A DNA stretch of 64,000 nucleotides from Callorhinchus milii. Its lineage: Eukaryota. Positions 12,060-25,504 of this stretch are shown here, in pieces. The DNA is taken from positions 65,970,001-66,034,000 of the forward strand of contig NW_024704742.1 of assembly GCF_018977255.1 (NCBI RefSeq), read 5' to 3'. Every line of letters starts with the position of its first letter. Position 1 is the stretch's first letter. The notes beneath the pieces are model-generated. The model did not search any database. It worked only from the letters and a program-made list of their open reading frames with translations, and was not told the origin of the DNA. The translations under genes were made by a program, and so were the position numbers.

Positions 12060-12256
12060 GAGAGGTGTAAAGGACAATTTGGGGAAGCTTTTCTTTACTC
12101 ACAGGGCAATCAATGAGTGGAACAGGTTGCCAGGAAAGATGGTAGCTTGGTGCAGTTGCGGTGGTAGGGGGACAATAGGGCGGGTGTTGTGAAGTGATGA
12201 GATCAGATGGGTCAAAGAGATTTCTTTATCCCAATCGATCTTGTGATCTTGTGACT
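12060..12256 (+). mobile_element. Old CR1 LINE 3' end
   Basis: ttctttactcacagggcaatcaatgagtggaacaggttgcca (FFT.R.IN.WNRLP motif) and gatcttgtgatcttgtga tail. Confidence 0.65.
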
Positions 12257-12699
12257 TGAGGTGACAGACAGCAGGGCTGCTCTTAGGGTGGGAAGGGTGG
12301 GGGACAAAGGAGTGCTCAGCCCCAGGGCAGGTCACTGAAATGAGCAGATGGCACTTATCAGCCAGAATGAGTAAAAAGACAAATGGGGCTTCTTGTCGTG
12401 TGAGCCCGGGGACATTTATTTATATTACGGAATTAGAAGCGAGATACAGGCATGTGGAATCTGTGTGGCTTGTTTACAGAAATGCAAAGTCTGTGTTTCA
12501 TATGCATCAGGACTGTCTTTGATGTGCAGATTAAAATCAACCTCTTTTTTCCCCCACGTTAAGCTGATACCAACTGGAGCTCGAGCCTTTTTTGCTTGCT
12601 TTAAAAACACCCAGGCCGGGTTCAATGACACACATATAAGTCCTGTCCTGTGTTCCTCGGGTTACTCCGGCTGAAATCAAAGGATGGGAGAACTTATAA

Positions 12700-12915
12700 C
12701 AATAATCATAATTCTTGCATTTGATATAGCGCCTTATCACGTTGTTGATAAAGTGCTTCACAGAATATACGGTAAAGTGGATTGACTGTATATTTTGAGG
12801 GAGAAACAGGGCAGCCAGTCGCGCACAGCAGTGTCCCACAAACAGTCGTGGATTGAGTGACCGCATATAATAAACAAAATTTGGGGAGGATTATCACCCC
12901 CGGAAAGTGATCCAC
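12700..12915 (-). mobile_element. SINE family A, 3' part
   Basis: Shared body/tail motifs. Confidence 0.8.
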
Positions 12916-13267
12916 AATTCATTCATAGGTTTCACACCAGCACTCGGAGGTGTCAACCGGCACGTGAATTGGTTTACTGGATTTCAATTGGACAAAACTG
13001 GAACATTTTATGGTTTGGTGGTCAATTTATGCTGGAACCAGGGAGAGGTGGATTGAGCCTTGAGTTGCTGGTATAACAGCAGCAGTGAGCATCTTGCTAA
13101 CCTAATTCCAGAAAATATTATCCCAACCTGTGCCTAATACTTTATTGAGTTAGGTAAGCAGGATACATTCCTCCAGGGAGAGAGTATGCGTGCATTCCAA
13201 CAATCTAGCGCTGGAATTTCCATGTATAATAATAATAAACTTTGCATTTGATATAACGCCTGATCAG

Positions 13268-13578
13268 GAGTCCTGTATCTCAGTGGTTAGCGCATTTGTC
13301 TCGCAAGCAAGAGACCTGAGTTTAACTCCTGGCAGGACGAAACCTTGGGCAAGTTTCCTCACTCCACATGCCTGATGATAATCCCTCAAGAAAAAAAACA
13401 ATAATAAAATTGGTCACTTCAATCCACAACTGTTTGTGGGACACTGCTGTGCGCAATTGGCTGCCGTGTTTCGTCCACAAATATACAGTGAATTCACTTT
13501 GCAGTATATTCTGTGAACCTCTTTGAGACGTCTAGAAGACGTGAAAAGCACTATATCAAATGCAAGGATTATTATTAT
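13268..13578 (+). mobile_element. SINE family A (tRNA-headed) inserted into a family C repeat
   Basis: ggagtcctgtatctcagtggttagcgc..ctcgcaagcaagagacctgagtttaactcc head and ggattattattat tail; family C sequence on both sides (13075-13228 and 13655-13740). Confidence 0.8.
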
Positions 13579-14019
13579 CACATCTTCAAGACGTCTTAAA
13601 GCACTTCACAAGTTATACTGTAAAGCAGATTGACTATAAATTTGTGGGAGAAACATGTAGATGAGTTGCATGGAGATCTCAGCTTGGTTTGGATACTCTT
13701 TAAACATAGTGATGGTTTCCGCATGTGGATGACCAAAAAAAAAGCACAAGTATAATGACTTGCGACCTGCTTTCTTTAACCAGTGACTTGTAGGCACAAG
13801 TCCTCAGAATGGAATTGCTCACAGATCAGTTCTAATTGGCACTGAAATGGCAATCTCACACAGAGAGGCCATGCAGATGGCTGGCGTGTGGCTAATGGTA
13901 ATGTTCTGCTAATGTGAGGGAGGTGGGGAGGCAAGTTGCTCCTCTGAGGTTTGGGGCTAAGCCACATTGTTGGGGGAGAGCAGCGACACAGTTTGGTAAT
14001 GTGGTCAGTGAGGGACGCT

Positions 14020-14265
14020 GAGACATGTGCCGTCCTTCAGATGAGTTGGTCTCTGTCTGTTCAGGTGGACACTGAAGATCTTATGGCACTATTTAAAAAG
14101 AGAAGCAGATTCCTCCTAGTGTCCTGGCTAATAATCCCCAGATAAAATTGGTCATTTGCCGCTGCATTTTCCTACAAAATACACAGTCACTATACTTTAC
14201 AGTGAATCCTGAGTATGTTTTGAGACATTCTCCTGACATGAAAAGCGCTATAACAAATGCAAGGT
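14020..14265 (+). mobile_element. Deu-domain SINE fragment
   Basis: gtgccgtccttcagatgag..ttcaggtggacactgaagatc..ggcactattt. Confidence 0.7.
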
Positions 14266-15683
14266 TCAGTATTTGAATTACAATAGCAACTTGCATTTAT
14301 ATAGAACTCTTTGTGCAGGGTAGCATCTCAGAGTGTATTTTTAATTATTTTTATCAAATGCAGTTAATATATGGTCAGTCTGGTCGGTATTCAATGGTCT
14401 TATGAGGGTTAAAGCAGCAGAGTTTCTGAGTTGTCCTGAATAAACTGGCTAACAGGAATGTCTGCCTGTAAGACAGCAATTGCCTGTGGCAAGGTGTCGT
14501 TCAACAGAGAGGAGATATCAGGAGGAGATGATATCAGTCATAAAATCAGTCACTCACTTCACGGCTATTTGTGCGACACTACTGTGTGCAAAGATTGCCG
14601 CGTTTGCCTACAAATATACAGTTATTACACTTAAACAATAAATCCTGTGAAGCACTTTGAGACACATCGACGATGTGATAACGCATTATATCGAATGCAA
14701 GGATTATTATTACAGAAACCTATGACCCCTCTCGTGCTGCGTGGTAGAAGGGAGCTGTGGAGACAGGTGGACTGGGACAAAAGAGGGGCACAGCAATCCC
14801 TCCACCATTCTACCACCCCAAAGCTTTAATTGTAAACCCAACATAAGCCCACTGGCCTGAACATCCACTTAGATCGCACAGAATGGTGGAGAAAGCAGGG
14901 TGGGGAGGGTGCAAGGGAGGGACAAAGGTGACCAAACTCCTGATCAAAGAGACGAGTTTGTGGATGGGGATTTGAAAACGAGGAGGTAAGTAAGTGAGCG
15001 AGCGAAGCAGAAGAGGAGGGAGCGTATTGGCTGAAAGCATAGTTATTAGTGGAGGGTGCGAGGGGTGTGTGTGGTAGACCTGAGTATCCACAGTGGGCTA
15101 TGATGGGGTGGAATTTCAGGTCCTTTAAAATGAAGCTAATGCACCCATCTACTAGCCCAAGCAAAGGCTTTGTGCGCACGAGTGTCTTTAATTTCTTATT
15201 GGCAAACCATGGGCATTTTTTCTCAGCTGTATCATCTTTTGTGATGGCCAGCCTTCTGGGCAACCCCTGCTGCTAGGAATGTGCTGATCTCTTAAACATG
15301 TGTCGTAATATTCCGGCCTTGGGGGTGTGGGGGGGTTGGAGAGAGGGGGAGAACCAGGCAGCTCATCACAAATCACACGATTCAGAATCGACAGAGTCTG
15401 TCAACCTGTCGGCGGAGGAAAGATATTCAGACTAACTATTCAGTTATTTATGGCTGACGAGCGACAGAGCTCAGTGACAGATTGAACTCCCCAGAACATA
15501 TTGTGCCCTGAGCACTTTTACTCTCTCTCTTTCTCTTTCTCTCTCTCTCTCTCTCGTCTGCTGATTTCTTGATCAACAGAGAGGTTGGTGATGTAACTGG
15601 TCACAGAGTCTAGTGGGTTCAAGCTGCTTTGTACCGGGTGGTGTTAAAAGTATTTTTAAATATGATTGTTATATATTAACAAC

Positions 15684-16080
15684 AATAATACTTGCATTTG
15701 ATACATCACCTTATCACATCGTTGAGACGTCTCAAAGCGCTTCACAGGATATACTGTAAAGTGAATTGACTGTATATTGTGGGCAAAATGCGGCAGCCAA
15801 TTGCGCACAGCAGTGTCCCACAAACAGTCATAGATTGAGAGACTACATTTTGGGGGGCGGAGGGGGGAGGATTATTATGTTACCCAGTCGACTACCAACC
15901 AGGTTCCCACTCACTGCTTGGTAAACAGAGGTGCGTGGAGTAAGGAAACTTGCCTAAGATTGCACTCCACCGGGGAATCGAACCCAGATCCTCCCGTCCG
16001 GACGTGAAGGGCACTATACAAATGTAATTTGGTTGTTGTTGTTGTTGTGAGGCAAGTGCTCCAACCACTACACTACTGTA
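15684..16080 (-). mobile_element. SINE family A with an L2 tail inserted in its head
   Basis: Tail at 15684, ggaatcgaacccagatcctc B-box at ~15975, L2 tail at 15995-16048. Confidence 0.75.
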
Positions 16081-16653
16081 CTCTGCACAGTAAGTATTAT
16101 TGTTGTTGCTCATGCTCCGGTGTTTCCCCAGGCTAAGCTACAACCATAACATGAACGTGCATTTCATACAGCACTTTCCACTTAGGATAACAACTCAGAA
16201 AGATGTTGGCAAAGACACCGGGAGAAACTCCCTTCTCTTTACGAATAGTCACGGGATCTTTACCATCCACTTGAGGAATAAGCAACTCGGACTTCAGATA
16301 AATGATGAACAGCCAGAAATTCCACCAAGACTTGTTGTTAAAATAATAAGCATTTATATAACGCCCTTCATGTGTGTAGGGTCTTGGAGCATTTAACAAT
16401 GGTGGAGCTTGACACTGGGCCAGGGAGAGAGGGCGGTGATGGGTTTCCACATATGTCAGACACCTGGCTGACCACTTGTCTTAAGACAAGAAAACTTGGT
16501 TGATAAATTACTTTGTTACGAGACAACGAGATGTAAATTGTATCTATGATTACAGTGTGTTTTGTAAAATATCCGCCAATTTTTTTTGATGACTTATTAA
16601 TATGACAGATGTCAGAACTGAAAAATGGAACTTGTGGCATGCCCCTGGCTTCA

Positions 16654-16935
16654 CACACACACACTCACATTCCCCCTCACACTGTGGCTCACACACACAC
16701 TCACATTCCCCCTCACACTGTGGCTCACACACACACTCACATTCCCCCTCACACTGTGGCTCACACACACACTCACATTCCCCCTCACACTGTGGCTCAC
16801 ACACACACTCACATTCCCCCTCACACTGTGGCTCACACACACACTCACATTCCCCCTCACACTGTGGCTCACACACACACAATCGCCCTCACACTGTGGC
16901 TCACACACACAATCCCCCTCACATTGTGGGCTCAC
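16654..16935. repeat. 36-bp minisatellite, 6 perfect copies plus 2 degenerate
   Basis: Unit CACACACACACTCACATTCCCCCTCACACTGTGGCT at 16654-16869. Confidence 0.95.
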
Positions 16936-18004
16936 ACACCCCTGCACCCACCCTCGAAGTGTGTGCTCACAAGCGCTCGTACCCCACTTGCACAGGTTCA
17001 ATTCCCCTCGCACACCATGGGCTCACACCAACTTGAACTACCTCTCGCACAACATGTGCTCACACACACTTGCACTCACGTAGATTTGCACTCCCCCTCG
17101 CACACCATGTGCTCACACCACTCGCACTCGCACTACCCTGGCTACTTCAGTAAGACCCTGGCACACTGGTTCCACTGGCCTCGGTCACTCTGTCTGTGTT
17201 TCAAATCACATACAAAAGGTTTTTGTCAAAAGTTTTTTTTAAAAGAACGAGTCGTGTAAATTTCCAGAGAGGAGGTGTTTGCAGACCTGGAGCTGACGTT
17301 CCAGAGACGGGCACAGAAATTTCTTTATGTAACCCCGCCAGTGAACATCACAGGAAACAGTCTTGCCCGACTTGGTACAGTGTTGAAACCCCACCGCAGC
17401 GCGGCTGTGTGCAGGAGGCTCCAGGTTCTGCCTTCCAATTAATTTTCCTCTCGTTTGACCTCATACAAGGTGCGTTCAAGGCCTCCCTCTTTGCCCACGC
17501 TTTCAATCATCTTTTCCTTCCCCCATTCCCCCTTGCCTCCCAACTCCAGATCCAGTACCAAGCCATTACTGTTTAGCGCCTTGGGACCTCCTCCTGACGT
17601 TAAAGGGCTATATCATGTAAATCTCTATTGCGTTTGTGTAGTGAAATCTATTTATTTTATTCATCAAGTCAAAAAGTCTCAAAAGCACTTCACGATATTT
17701 CCTGTTAAGTGTACAGTAGTGACTATGCCCTTGTGTGTGAATGTGCAGGGCAAAAGACAGCGATGAAGTGAATGACTAATTTTACTCTGGAGGTTGCTGG
17801 CCAGGCCACTGGGAGAAACTCCCTTCTCTTTTCTAATATCCCCAACTGTTCAGCACCTTGGGACATCCTCCCGACGTGAAAGGCACTTTGGAAATGTAAT
17901 TTTGTTGTTGTTGCTCTTGTTATAGTACCGTGGGATCTTTAACATCCCCCTGAATAGGCAAACGGGAGCTCGGTTTAACTGGAAATGTGATGCTTACCCC
18001 CTGC

Positions 18005-18392
18005 AGGAATTCATCCCACTCAGCTCCTGTTAACCCTACAAATCAAAGCCCTAATGGGTAAGATGGTCCTCGTTGGACAAGCAGCAGGAAAGCTTCCCAG
18101 ATATCGCTATCAATGGCAAGCTATGTGGTTCTAGCTGTTTGGACTCCAGCAATACCCCAACTTACACTCTGGGTTCCCCAAGCCTTGTCTCTGGCCACCC
18201 TGTGCCTAATACTTTCCGGAATTAGGTAAACAGGATGTGTCCCTCCAGGGAGAGAGTCACATTCCATCCCAACAATCTATCTCTGGGATTTCCATGTGTA
18301 GGTGGGATGCATTGAAACTCAGCTTGGTTTGGACACTCTTAGGCATGGGGATGGGTTTCCACATTTGTCAGACATCCGACTGACCAAAAATA
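18005..18392 (+). mobile_element. Unclassified interspersed repeat (family C), bridging copy
   Basis: Joins the 5' module (catcccactcagctcctgttaac..ggacaagcagc) to the 3' module (ctcagcttggtttggacactc). Confidence 0.75.
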
Positions 18393-19599
18393 TTCCCCCA
18401 GCGCTGTAGTGGAGTGTCAGCCTAGACCATGAACTCTAAGTCCCTGACATTAGAGCCTGAACTGGCAACCTTCTGATCTTCTGATTCAGAGGCCAGGGTG
18501 CTATGAACTGAGCCAGGCTGACACAAAATTTCGTAGGAAGTGTTTCCTTTTTTGTGCTGAATTTTGTGTGACAAAAGGTGTTGTGCCAGATCTCGTCTCC
18601 CAGATACCCATTCAGTTTTAAGGTGACCTGGGCAGAAGTCTGTAAATGTGGACGCAGCAGACAGACGCACTCTCTCCAGTCCCCTCATTAACACTGCACG
18701 CTCTGTTGCACTCAACTGGTTCAGGGACTCTGGCATCTGACTCAGTAAATGATTTATTTAGATTAAAATAAGAAAGACTTTAAACAACTCTGATTGGAAA
18801 AGTGGACTAGCCTTTTGAAATGGGGAGGGCGGGAGGAGGGAGGTAGAGAAATAAAGAGGAAATGTTTCTCTCTCATTTTTTTTGTACTAAAAGCTGTTTA
18901 GCCCGGCTCTGGAAGGAATATCACTGGTACATGCAAAGTGCCTTTCCTATAACATTGATAATGGCAATAATTTGACAGTCTGCTTGGTCTGCAATGTTCT
19001 CCCCTCTTATCTTCTAAGAGTTAGCAGTACACTGGAAACTAAGACCCCGGTGGCCTCATGTCAGTCACTGCGGATCCACTGGACAATTGCACAATAATAT
19101 TAATAATAATCCTCACATTTGATACAGACCCTTATCACGTCAATGAGACACTGCTACAGGATTCAGGATTCGCTGTAAAGCGGCGTGACAGTTTATTCTG
19201 TAGGCCAGTGTGGCAGCCAAGTTGCCCACAGCAACATCCCACAAGCAGCTGTGAAGTGAATGATCAGTTTTTTTATCTTGGGGGACAACCGGCCAGGACA
19301 CAGTGAGAAACTCCCTTCTTTTTTTCAGGATCTTTAACGTCCACTTAAACTGGCGACAGACGTTTTTTAACATTTTAACATTTCATCCAAACGACGGTAA
19401 AATCCAGTGAAGCACTTTGAGATGTTCCGACGACATGATAAGACTCTATATAAAAAACTGTAAGCGCTCTGGGATGCTATCCTGCATGAGGGGCGCTATA
19501 TAAATGCAAGTTGTTGTTGTAAGGATTATTATAATTATAGTGTTATATACATACAACGTTTGGGGGTGTAGATCAATGTCAGGAAGCAGGTCAACAACC

Positions 19600-19895
19600 A
19601 CCACAACAAATTGGGTTTATACAGTGCTTTTCATGTCAGGAGGACATCCCAGGGCTGGACAGTGAGGGGTTTGCACCCAAGCTCCTGGGGGTTAGATTCA
19701 AGTGGTGTGGGAAGATGACCGAGGCATGGTCAAACAGGAAGGGTCAAACAGGAAGGTCTTGAGATGGACCTTGAAGGAGGCGAGGGAGAGATGAAAGGGT
19801 TCTAGGGTGGACTTCCAGAGGGTGGGGGCAGAAAGACTGAAGGCCTGACTGCTGATGGTGGGGTGGGCAGGGTGGGGGACATGAAGCAGGCTTAC
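19600..19895 (-). mobile_element. L2 LINE 3' end
   Basis: caacaaattgggtttatacagtgcttttcatgtcaggaggacatccc..gaaggtcttgagatggaccttgaaggagg. Confidence 0.75.
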
Positions 19896-20159
19896 GTGGG
19901 AGTCTACATGGGCTTTGATCTGACTTCTTGAGAAGACAGGACAGTTCTATCTGAGTAAAGCAGCTCTGATCCCATCAGTGAGTCTGCTCTGCCCCCCACC
20001 CTCACCCCGTTTGCTAATCCAGCATTTTCATGCACTTTTACACAAAAAGAAGCTTCTTTTGTCTCATGACAAATGAATCCTGAAGTGATAAAAGGTAGGA
20101 ATGTTTTGTGGTTCACTAATCAGACAGTACATTGCATTTCTCTCCATTACCAATTCTGA

Positions 20160-20460
20160 TAATAATAATAATCCTTACATTTGATAATAGCGCCTTTCAT
20201 GTCGGGACGATGTCCCAAAGCGCTTCATGGTATAATCTGTAAAATGGAGCAACCCTTTATTTGTAGGCAAATGCGGCAGCCCATTTGCACACAGCAATGT
20301 CCCTCCAATAGCCATAGTGTGAAGGACCAATTTTATTTTGAGGATTGTTGGCCAGGATACCAGGAGAAACTCCTTACTCTTTTCGAATTGTGGTAAGGGA
20401 TTGTTAACGTCCACCTGAACAGGCAGAGACAAGGAGCTCAGCTTAACGTCTCCTCCGAAG
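20160..20460 (-). mobile_element. Deu-domain SINE
   Basis: Tail plus ttaacgtccacctgaacaggcaga core. Confidence 0.75.
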
Positions 20461-21306
20461 CAAATTGACTCTAGTGGTCAGTGGGGCTGTGCCTGTTGAC
20501 CACGTGACTGACAGCACCTCTGACAGTGCAACTCACTGGCGCGGCAGCTTAGACTGGGTGAGTTTGAGGTTAGCACATGATCCATTTGCTTTCCTGTTTT
20601 TCAAAGGCAAGCGGTTGTAGCAATAGTGCGAGTGATTTACGTAGTGCTGTATTATGCTGTATTATCATGTAGATTCGATTGTGTGTGTGTGTGTGGGGGG
20701 GGGGGGAGGGAGTGGAGAAAGTGAAAGGAGAAAGAGAATGGGAGAGAACCAGCAGACAAAGGGCCCAAGTGGCTATTCACACACCAAACACTGAGCTGCA
20801 CAGAGTGCTATTCTGAGGTTGAGGTGATTGAGGGCGATGTTAGAATCTGCTTCAGTGCTGATTAAGACGTTACCGATCCACACAGCAGAGGCAGCCCTCA
20901 GACGCTCCACAGCCTGTCCCCACAGAGAACCCACCGCACAAGGACTTGGAGACATAATAAGTAGCACCAGTAAGTTAGAGTTAAGAGAACAGGTTGTTTT
21001 ATAGAGCGTCTTATCATTCACCTCTCCTGGGCAAGGGAGGTGAAATATCACCGTGGGTCCAACACTCACTGCTGCATCTGCTTCCATATACAGTCACTAC
21101 ACCGACAAAGTACTTCGAGGCGGATGTTTCAATGGAGGGCAGATGGTGTCTGTGGAAATGCAGGAAACGTGCTCCAGCAGAGGGGAGGGTGGGGCTGGGG
21201 GGGGGGGGGGTCGGGAAGAAGCGGTGCGAGAGAGGAATTGGAGCAAGAAAACACAACTTTCCAAATTGCAGTGAGGGGAAAAACATAATCAGGGACTTTG
21301 CACACA

Positions 21307-21710
21307 AACAACAACAACAACAACAACAAGATTCCATTTATAAAGCGCCTTTCACGTCAGGAGGACGTCCCAAGGCGCTGCACAGTTGGGTCATGACCCG
21401 AGCAGGGGGGAAATGGTCAGGGTGAGGTGAGGGAAGGGAGGGAGCGAGGAGGGGGGAAATGGTCAGGGTGAGGGGAGGGAAGGGAGGGAGCGAGGAGGGG
21501 GAAGAGAGTCGAGAGGGGAGCTGAAGGCACGGTCAAAGAGAAAGGTCTTGAGACCGGCCTTGAAGGAGGAAAGGGAGGAAGCGGCGAAGGCACTGGGGGA
21601 TAGAGTTCCAGAGCCTCGGGGCTGAGAGGCTGAAGGCCTGACCACCGATGGTAGGGCGGTTGGGGCGGGGGACGTGGAGCAGACCGGAGCCAGAGGAACG
21701 GAGGGTACAA
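21307..21710 (-). mobile_element. Young L2 LINE 3' end with internal ~45-bp tandem duplication
   Basis: (CAA)n tail; minus strand encodes LRSSGSGLLHVPRPNRPTIGGQAFSLSAPRLWNSIPQ and FKAGLKTFLF; near identical to 48915-49365 and 51340-51761. Confidence 0.9.
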
Positions 21711-22087
21711 GAGCGCGGAGTTCTCCTGGTGTCCTCGCCAGCATTCCTGCAGCTTTCAAACACAGATCAATTGGTCACTGGTCTCCCTGTTGTGCGTGGG
21801 TGTCACAGACTGCCTGGCTGGTTGGCCTGCAGGACCCCACACTTCAAAGTGACTTCACTGTGCCAAGCCCTTTGAAAAGTTTTGGCGAGGCATAAACTGG
21901 TGGTGCTACACTAAATGCAAATATTATTTTGTGTAAACAGGGTCTCCATCGCTGTCTTGTTTACCTATTTCCGCGCACAGGAGGCAATTTATCATCACGT
22001 ACTTGTCACAATGGTGGTTCACACCTCCCAAGACGTGGGCGATGTGGTTTAATGCAGAAGACTGTTTATAATCAGGGTCAATAAATC

Positions 22088-22460
22088 CGGTTCCGTAGGA
22101 CATTGGTTAGAGCACTCGCCTCGCAAGCGAGAGGTCCTGGGTTTGAATCCTGGGTGGGGCAAAACCTTAGGCAAGTTTCCTTACACCACATCTCTGTGTA
22201 CCTAGTAGTAAGTAGGAACCTATTTTTTTGTTGATTGGCGGATTGTTTTTCTGGGGGTAATAATTCCTTAAAAAAATAATAATAAATTGGTCACTTCAAT
22301 CCACGACTATTTGCGGGACACTTCTGCGCACAATTGGCTGCCGTGTTTCGTCCACAAAATATTCAGTCAAGTCACTTTACTGTATATTCTGTGAAGCTCT
22401 TTGAGACGTCTCGAAGACGTGATCAGGCGCTATATCAAATGCAAGGATTATTATATTATG
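22088..22460 (+). mobile_element. SINE family A, full length (tRNA-Ala-like head)
   Basis: tggttagagcactcgcctcgcaagcgagaggtcctgggtttgaatcc (A box, CTCGC/GCGAG stem with CGC anticodon, B box), body and ggattatta tail. Confidence 0.85.
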
Positions 22461-22599
22461 TTATTATTCTCTTGTGTAGCCCGAGGGAGCTGGTGCCGGG
22501 AATCCTCCTCACTCCTTCTGCAGTGCAGAATTCCAAGCAGGGGCCATGTTAAAACACACAAACGACTGCTTAAGCTTCGGATGTCTCTCATTCCAGCTG

Positions 22600-22832
22600 T
22601 CAGCCTGGGTAGCACTCTTCATCTCTGAGCTACAGGGTTGTGGGTGCGAGTCCAACTCTAAGACTTTTGAACTTACACAGTCCAGCCTGAAACTCCGATA
22701 CGGTGCTGGCAGCACATTGTCGGAGGTGGGCCAACGGTTGGGTGAGACATTAAACCGAGGCCCGGTCTACCTGCTCAGGTGGACGTTAAGCATCCTGTGA
22801 CTATTTGAAAGGAGAAGGAGAGTTTCTCCTTT
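22600..22832 (+). mobile_element. Deu-domain SINE 5' part
   Basis: gggtagcactcttcatctctgag..ggttgtggg..taaaccgaggcccggtctacctgctcaggtggacgttaag. Confidence 0.7.
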
Positions 22833-23857
22833 GCTGCTCCAGCAACAAAGACAGCAATGTACGTGCCTCACACAGCGACGTACAGTGTATATGTCACTTG
22901 CAGAGTACACATCTCACAGTAATGTCCAATGTATACGTCTCACAGGTCTATTTGCTAAAGAGTCTCAAAGGCCTCTGCACTAAATCTTTTATTTTTCGGC
23001 AGGAGGTCAGCACTCGGCAGGAACACACAGAAGTGTTCAGTGGGGGGGGGGGGGGGGGTGCATTCAGCCCACGGTCTCCATGCCCCAAATGAAAAGGAAA
23101 CCAGCTCCCGGAGTCCGCAGCCAGCCCGGCTCCTGCCGTCAGCACTGGCTCAAAACAGCTTGTCACAACCTGAAGCATCAGCTAACCAGTGACTAAAGAG
23201 CAACTAACAAGAGCCGTGAAGCATTCCCTGCACAAATGAAATACCAGCAATCAAAAGGCAAACTGGCGCAACTGAGAAGTGACCAGGGTCTCGGCTTAAT
23301 CAGATAACTGCAGGGTCGAGGTGAACAAAGGCCCTGAGGGGGGAGCCAGGCTTTCTTTCTCTCTTGGACTCTGGAGCCAGGAGACAAAGGGTTGCCTCTC
23401 CCGAGGACGCCTTTCTGGAGGATTAAGCAGGCATTGTTGGCAAAATACAAATTACAACTCTTTTACTAAGCACTCCACCCGCCCAGCTGGGATCCTGGCC
23501 CCCTGAGAGACAGGCCTGAGCCGCTCCCATTATATCCGAGTGGATGAAGAGCTCAGTGAGGCAGCTGGGATTGTCCAGCACAGCTTCCCAAACGTCTAAT
23601 GCCTCTGAATAAAGTATCAAAAGTTATAATAATAATAATCCTTGCATTTGATATTGCGCCTCATGTCATCAAGATAGCTCAAAGAACATTTGCTGGAATA
23701 TACTGTAAAATAGTGTGACTGCGCGTATTTATCCAGAGAGGAGTTAAATGGCACAATCTGGGAAGGCGGGGAGGGGAACAGTCTCCATTTCATATCAGAC
23801 TCCCCAGGGCATGCCGATTTGATGATACAATTGGTGGTTAGGACATGTCACTTTTCT

Positions 23858-23871
23858 CCACTAGAGGGCGC
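23858..23871 (+). promoter_or_regulatory. CTCF core motif
   Basis: CCACTAGAGGGCGC matches the CCAC(Y)AG(R)(K)GGC(R)C consensus, in non-repeat DNA. Confidence 0.6.
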
Positions 23872-25149
23872 GGTTTTGTGTGCCAGTAGCTACGGCTCTG
23901 ACTGAGCGTGGAGTAATAATAATAGCAATAATCCTTGCATTTGATATAGCGCCTTATCATGTCCTTGAGACGTCTCAAAGCGCTTCACAGAATATGCTGC
24001 AAATTGAATCTAGCATTGGGCTGAAGTAGCGAGACTCAGGCAGTGCCAGTCAACTGTGGGAGGAGCATCACATTACCCAATGCTGACCCCCTCCCCACAG
24101 CAGGCCATTAGATAGTCCACAGCAGAGAACAGTGGATAGTCTTCAGTGGAGACCACTGGATATTGGATAACTTCCCCCTTATGCCTCTATTCTTATTCTC
24201 TTTGTACGTACCCAAGCAAAGCCTGTATTAACTTGCCTCTGTTAACCCTCTCTTTACAGCCCAAACAATTCAAGTCCATCCACTTAACCGTAACTTCTCA
24301 TCGGGGGGGGGGGGGGGGAGTGGTGGCAGTGGGGGGAGTTAAGCAGGATAGCTTAAGCATAGTGATGTGTTTCTGCATGTGTCAGACCAAATAAAAATCC
24401 CCAGGAACACCCTAGTCTCTCTCCATTACACTCTCCACATGGCTGCAATGTATTCACAATACGAAGCCCAAGACTGGACAGAATACTTCAATTACTTTGC
24501 CAATACCTTGTACAGACCAAGCATGCCCTCCCAACTCTTACATTCACCACCAACAACAGCTTGCAAGTTAGCGTTTCGGAGTGCTGCACATTCAATGCCC
24601 CTGCGTATGAAATCCTGATAACTTGCAATCATGAACACCCCACCCTCTGCCATAGTGACTAGTTACAGGTTGAATCCATGAGGGAACTATGGCAACACAA
24701 TTTTCAGCAGTGCAATGGCAGCATATCTTATCTTCTCACTGCATTGTTTTAACGCAGGCCTGGTCTAATCTTACTGGGTACACACAACACTCAAAAACAA
24801 TGAGAATCAGGCACAGACTGTCAACCTCTAGGTCCTACCCTATTGTGTCAGTTAAATACCAACTAGCTCTAATCCAGCTATTACAGTGAAGGTCAGATAT
24901 TGGCTGTTAGTGTAGGGAAGGGTCATATTGGAGACAGTTGAATGTAACCTTCTGTTCTGCAGCGAATTTCTAATACAGACACATACAAGGCAGTGTGGAT
25001 GAAAGCAATGAGGTTGATCCCCATTGTAACAGGAATAAGATCTATAATAATAACACTTGGATTTGATATTGCACCTTATCGCATCATTGAAATGTCTCAA
25101 AGTGGTTCATAGAATATATTTTAAAGTGGATTATACTGTGTATTTTCTG

Positions 25150-25400
25150 GGCAAATCTCAGAGGAGACCTTCTAGAAGTATATGTTGAGAAAGTAAGGTC
25201 GGAATAATCCTTTTGGATGCATCAGCAGTAGAACAAGAGGATATAGGTGTAGTGTTGAAAAGGGCAATTTCAGGACCTGTTCCAGAGGGTAATTATCCAA
25301 TTGGAACAGATTGCCAAGAAGGGTGGTTGAGGCCAGTACACTGGACTCAACTAAAACAAACAGTTTGAGACTGTGATGGGAAGATGGTAGGGTGGGTAAT
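25150..25400 (+). mobile_element. Old CR1 LINE 3' fragment
   Basis: agaacaagaggatataggtgtag..ttggaacagattgccaagaagggtggttgaggcc (RTRG..WNRLP..VVEA). Confidence 0.6.
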
Positions 25401-25504
25401 AATATTCCTTGCATTTGATAACAACAACTTGCATTTATATAGCACCTTTCATGAAAGGTAGAGTCCCAAAGTGCTTGATATGTGCCTTATCAGGTTGATG
25501 AGAC

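Noticed and set aside
16550..17259. 36-bp repeats as a CRISPR array, or His/Cys-rich ORFs
   Set aside because: Units are directly adjacent with no spacers and no cas genes; the ORFs are repeat artefacts
17849..17870. RE1/NRSE-like TTCAGCACCTTGGGACA
   Set aside because: Wrong spacing, and it is ordinary L2 tail sequence
22088..22160. tRNA-Ala gene (also 26303, 33352, 48792)
   Set aside because: No intact acceptor stem or terminator; continues into the SINE body
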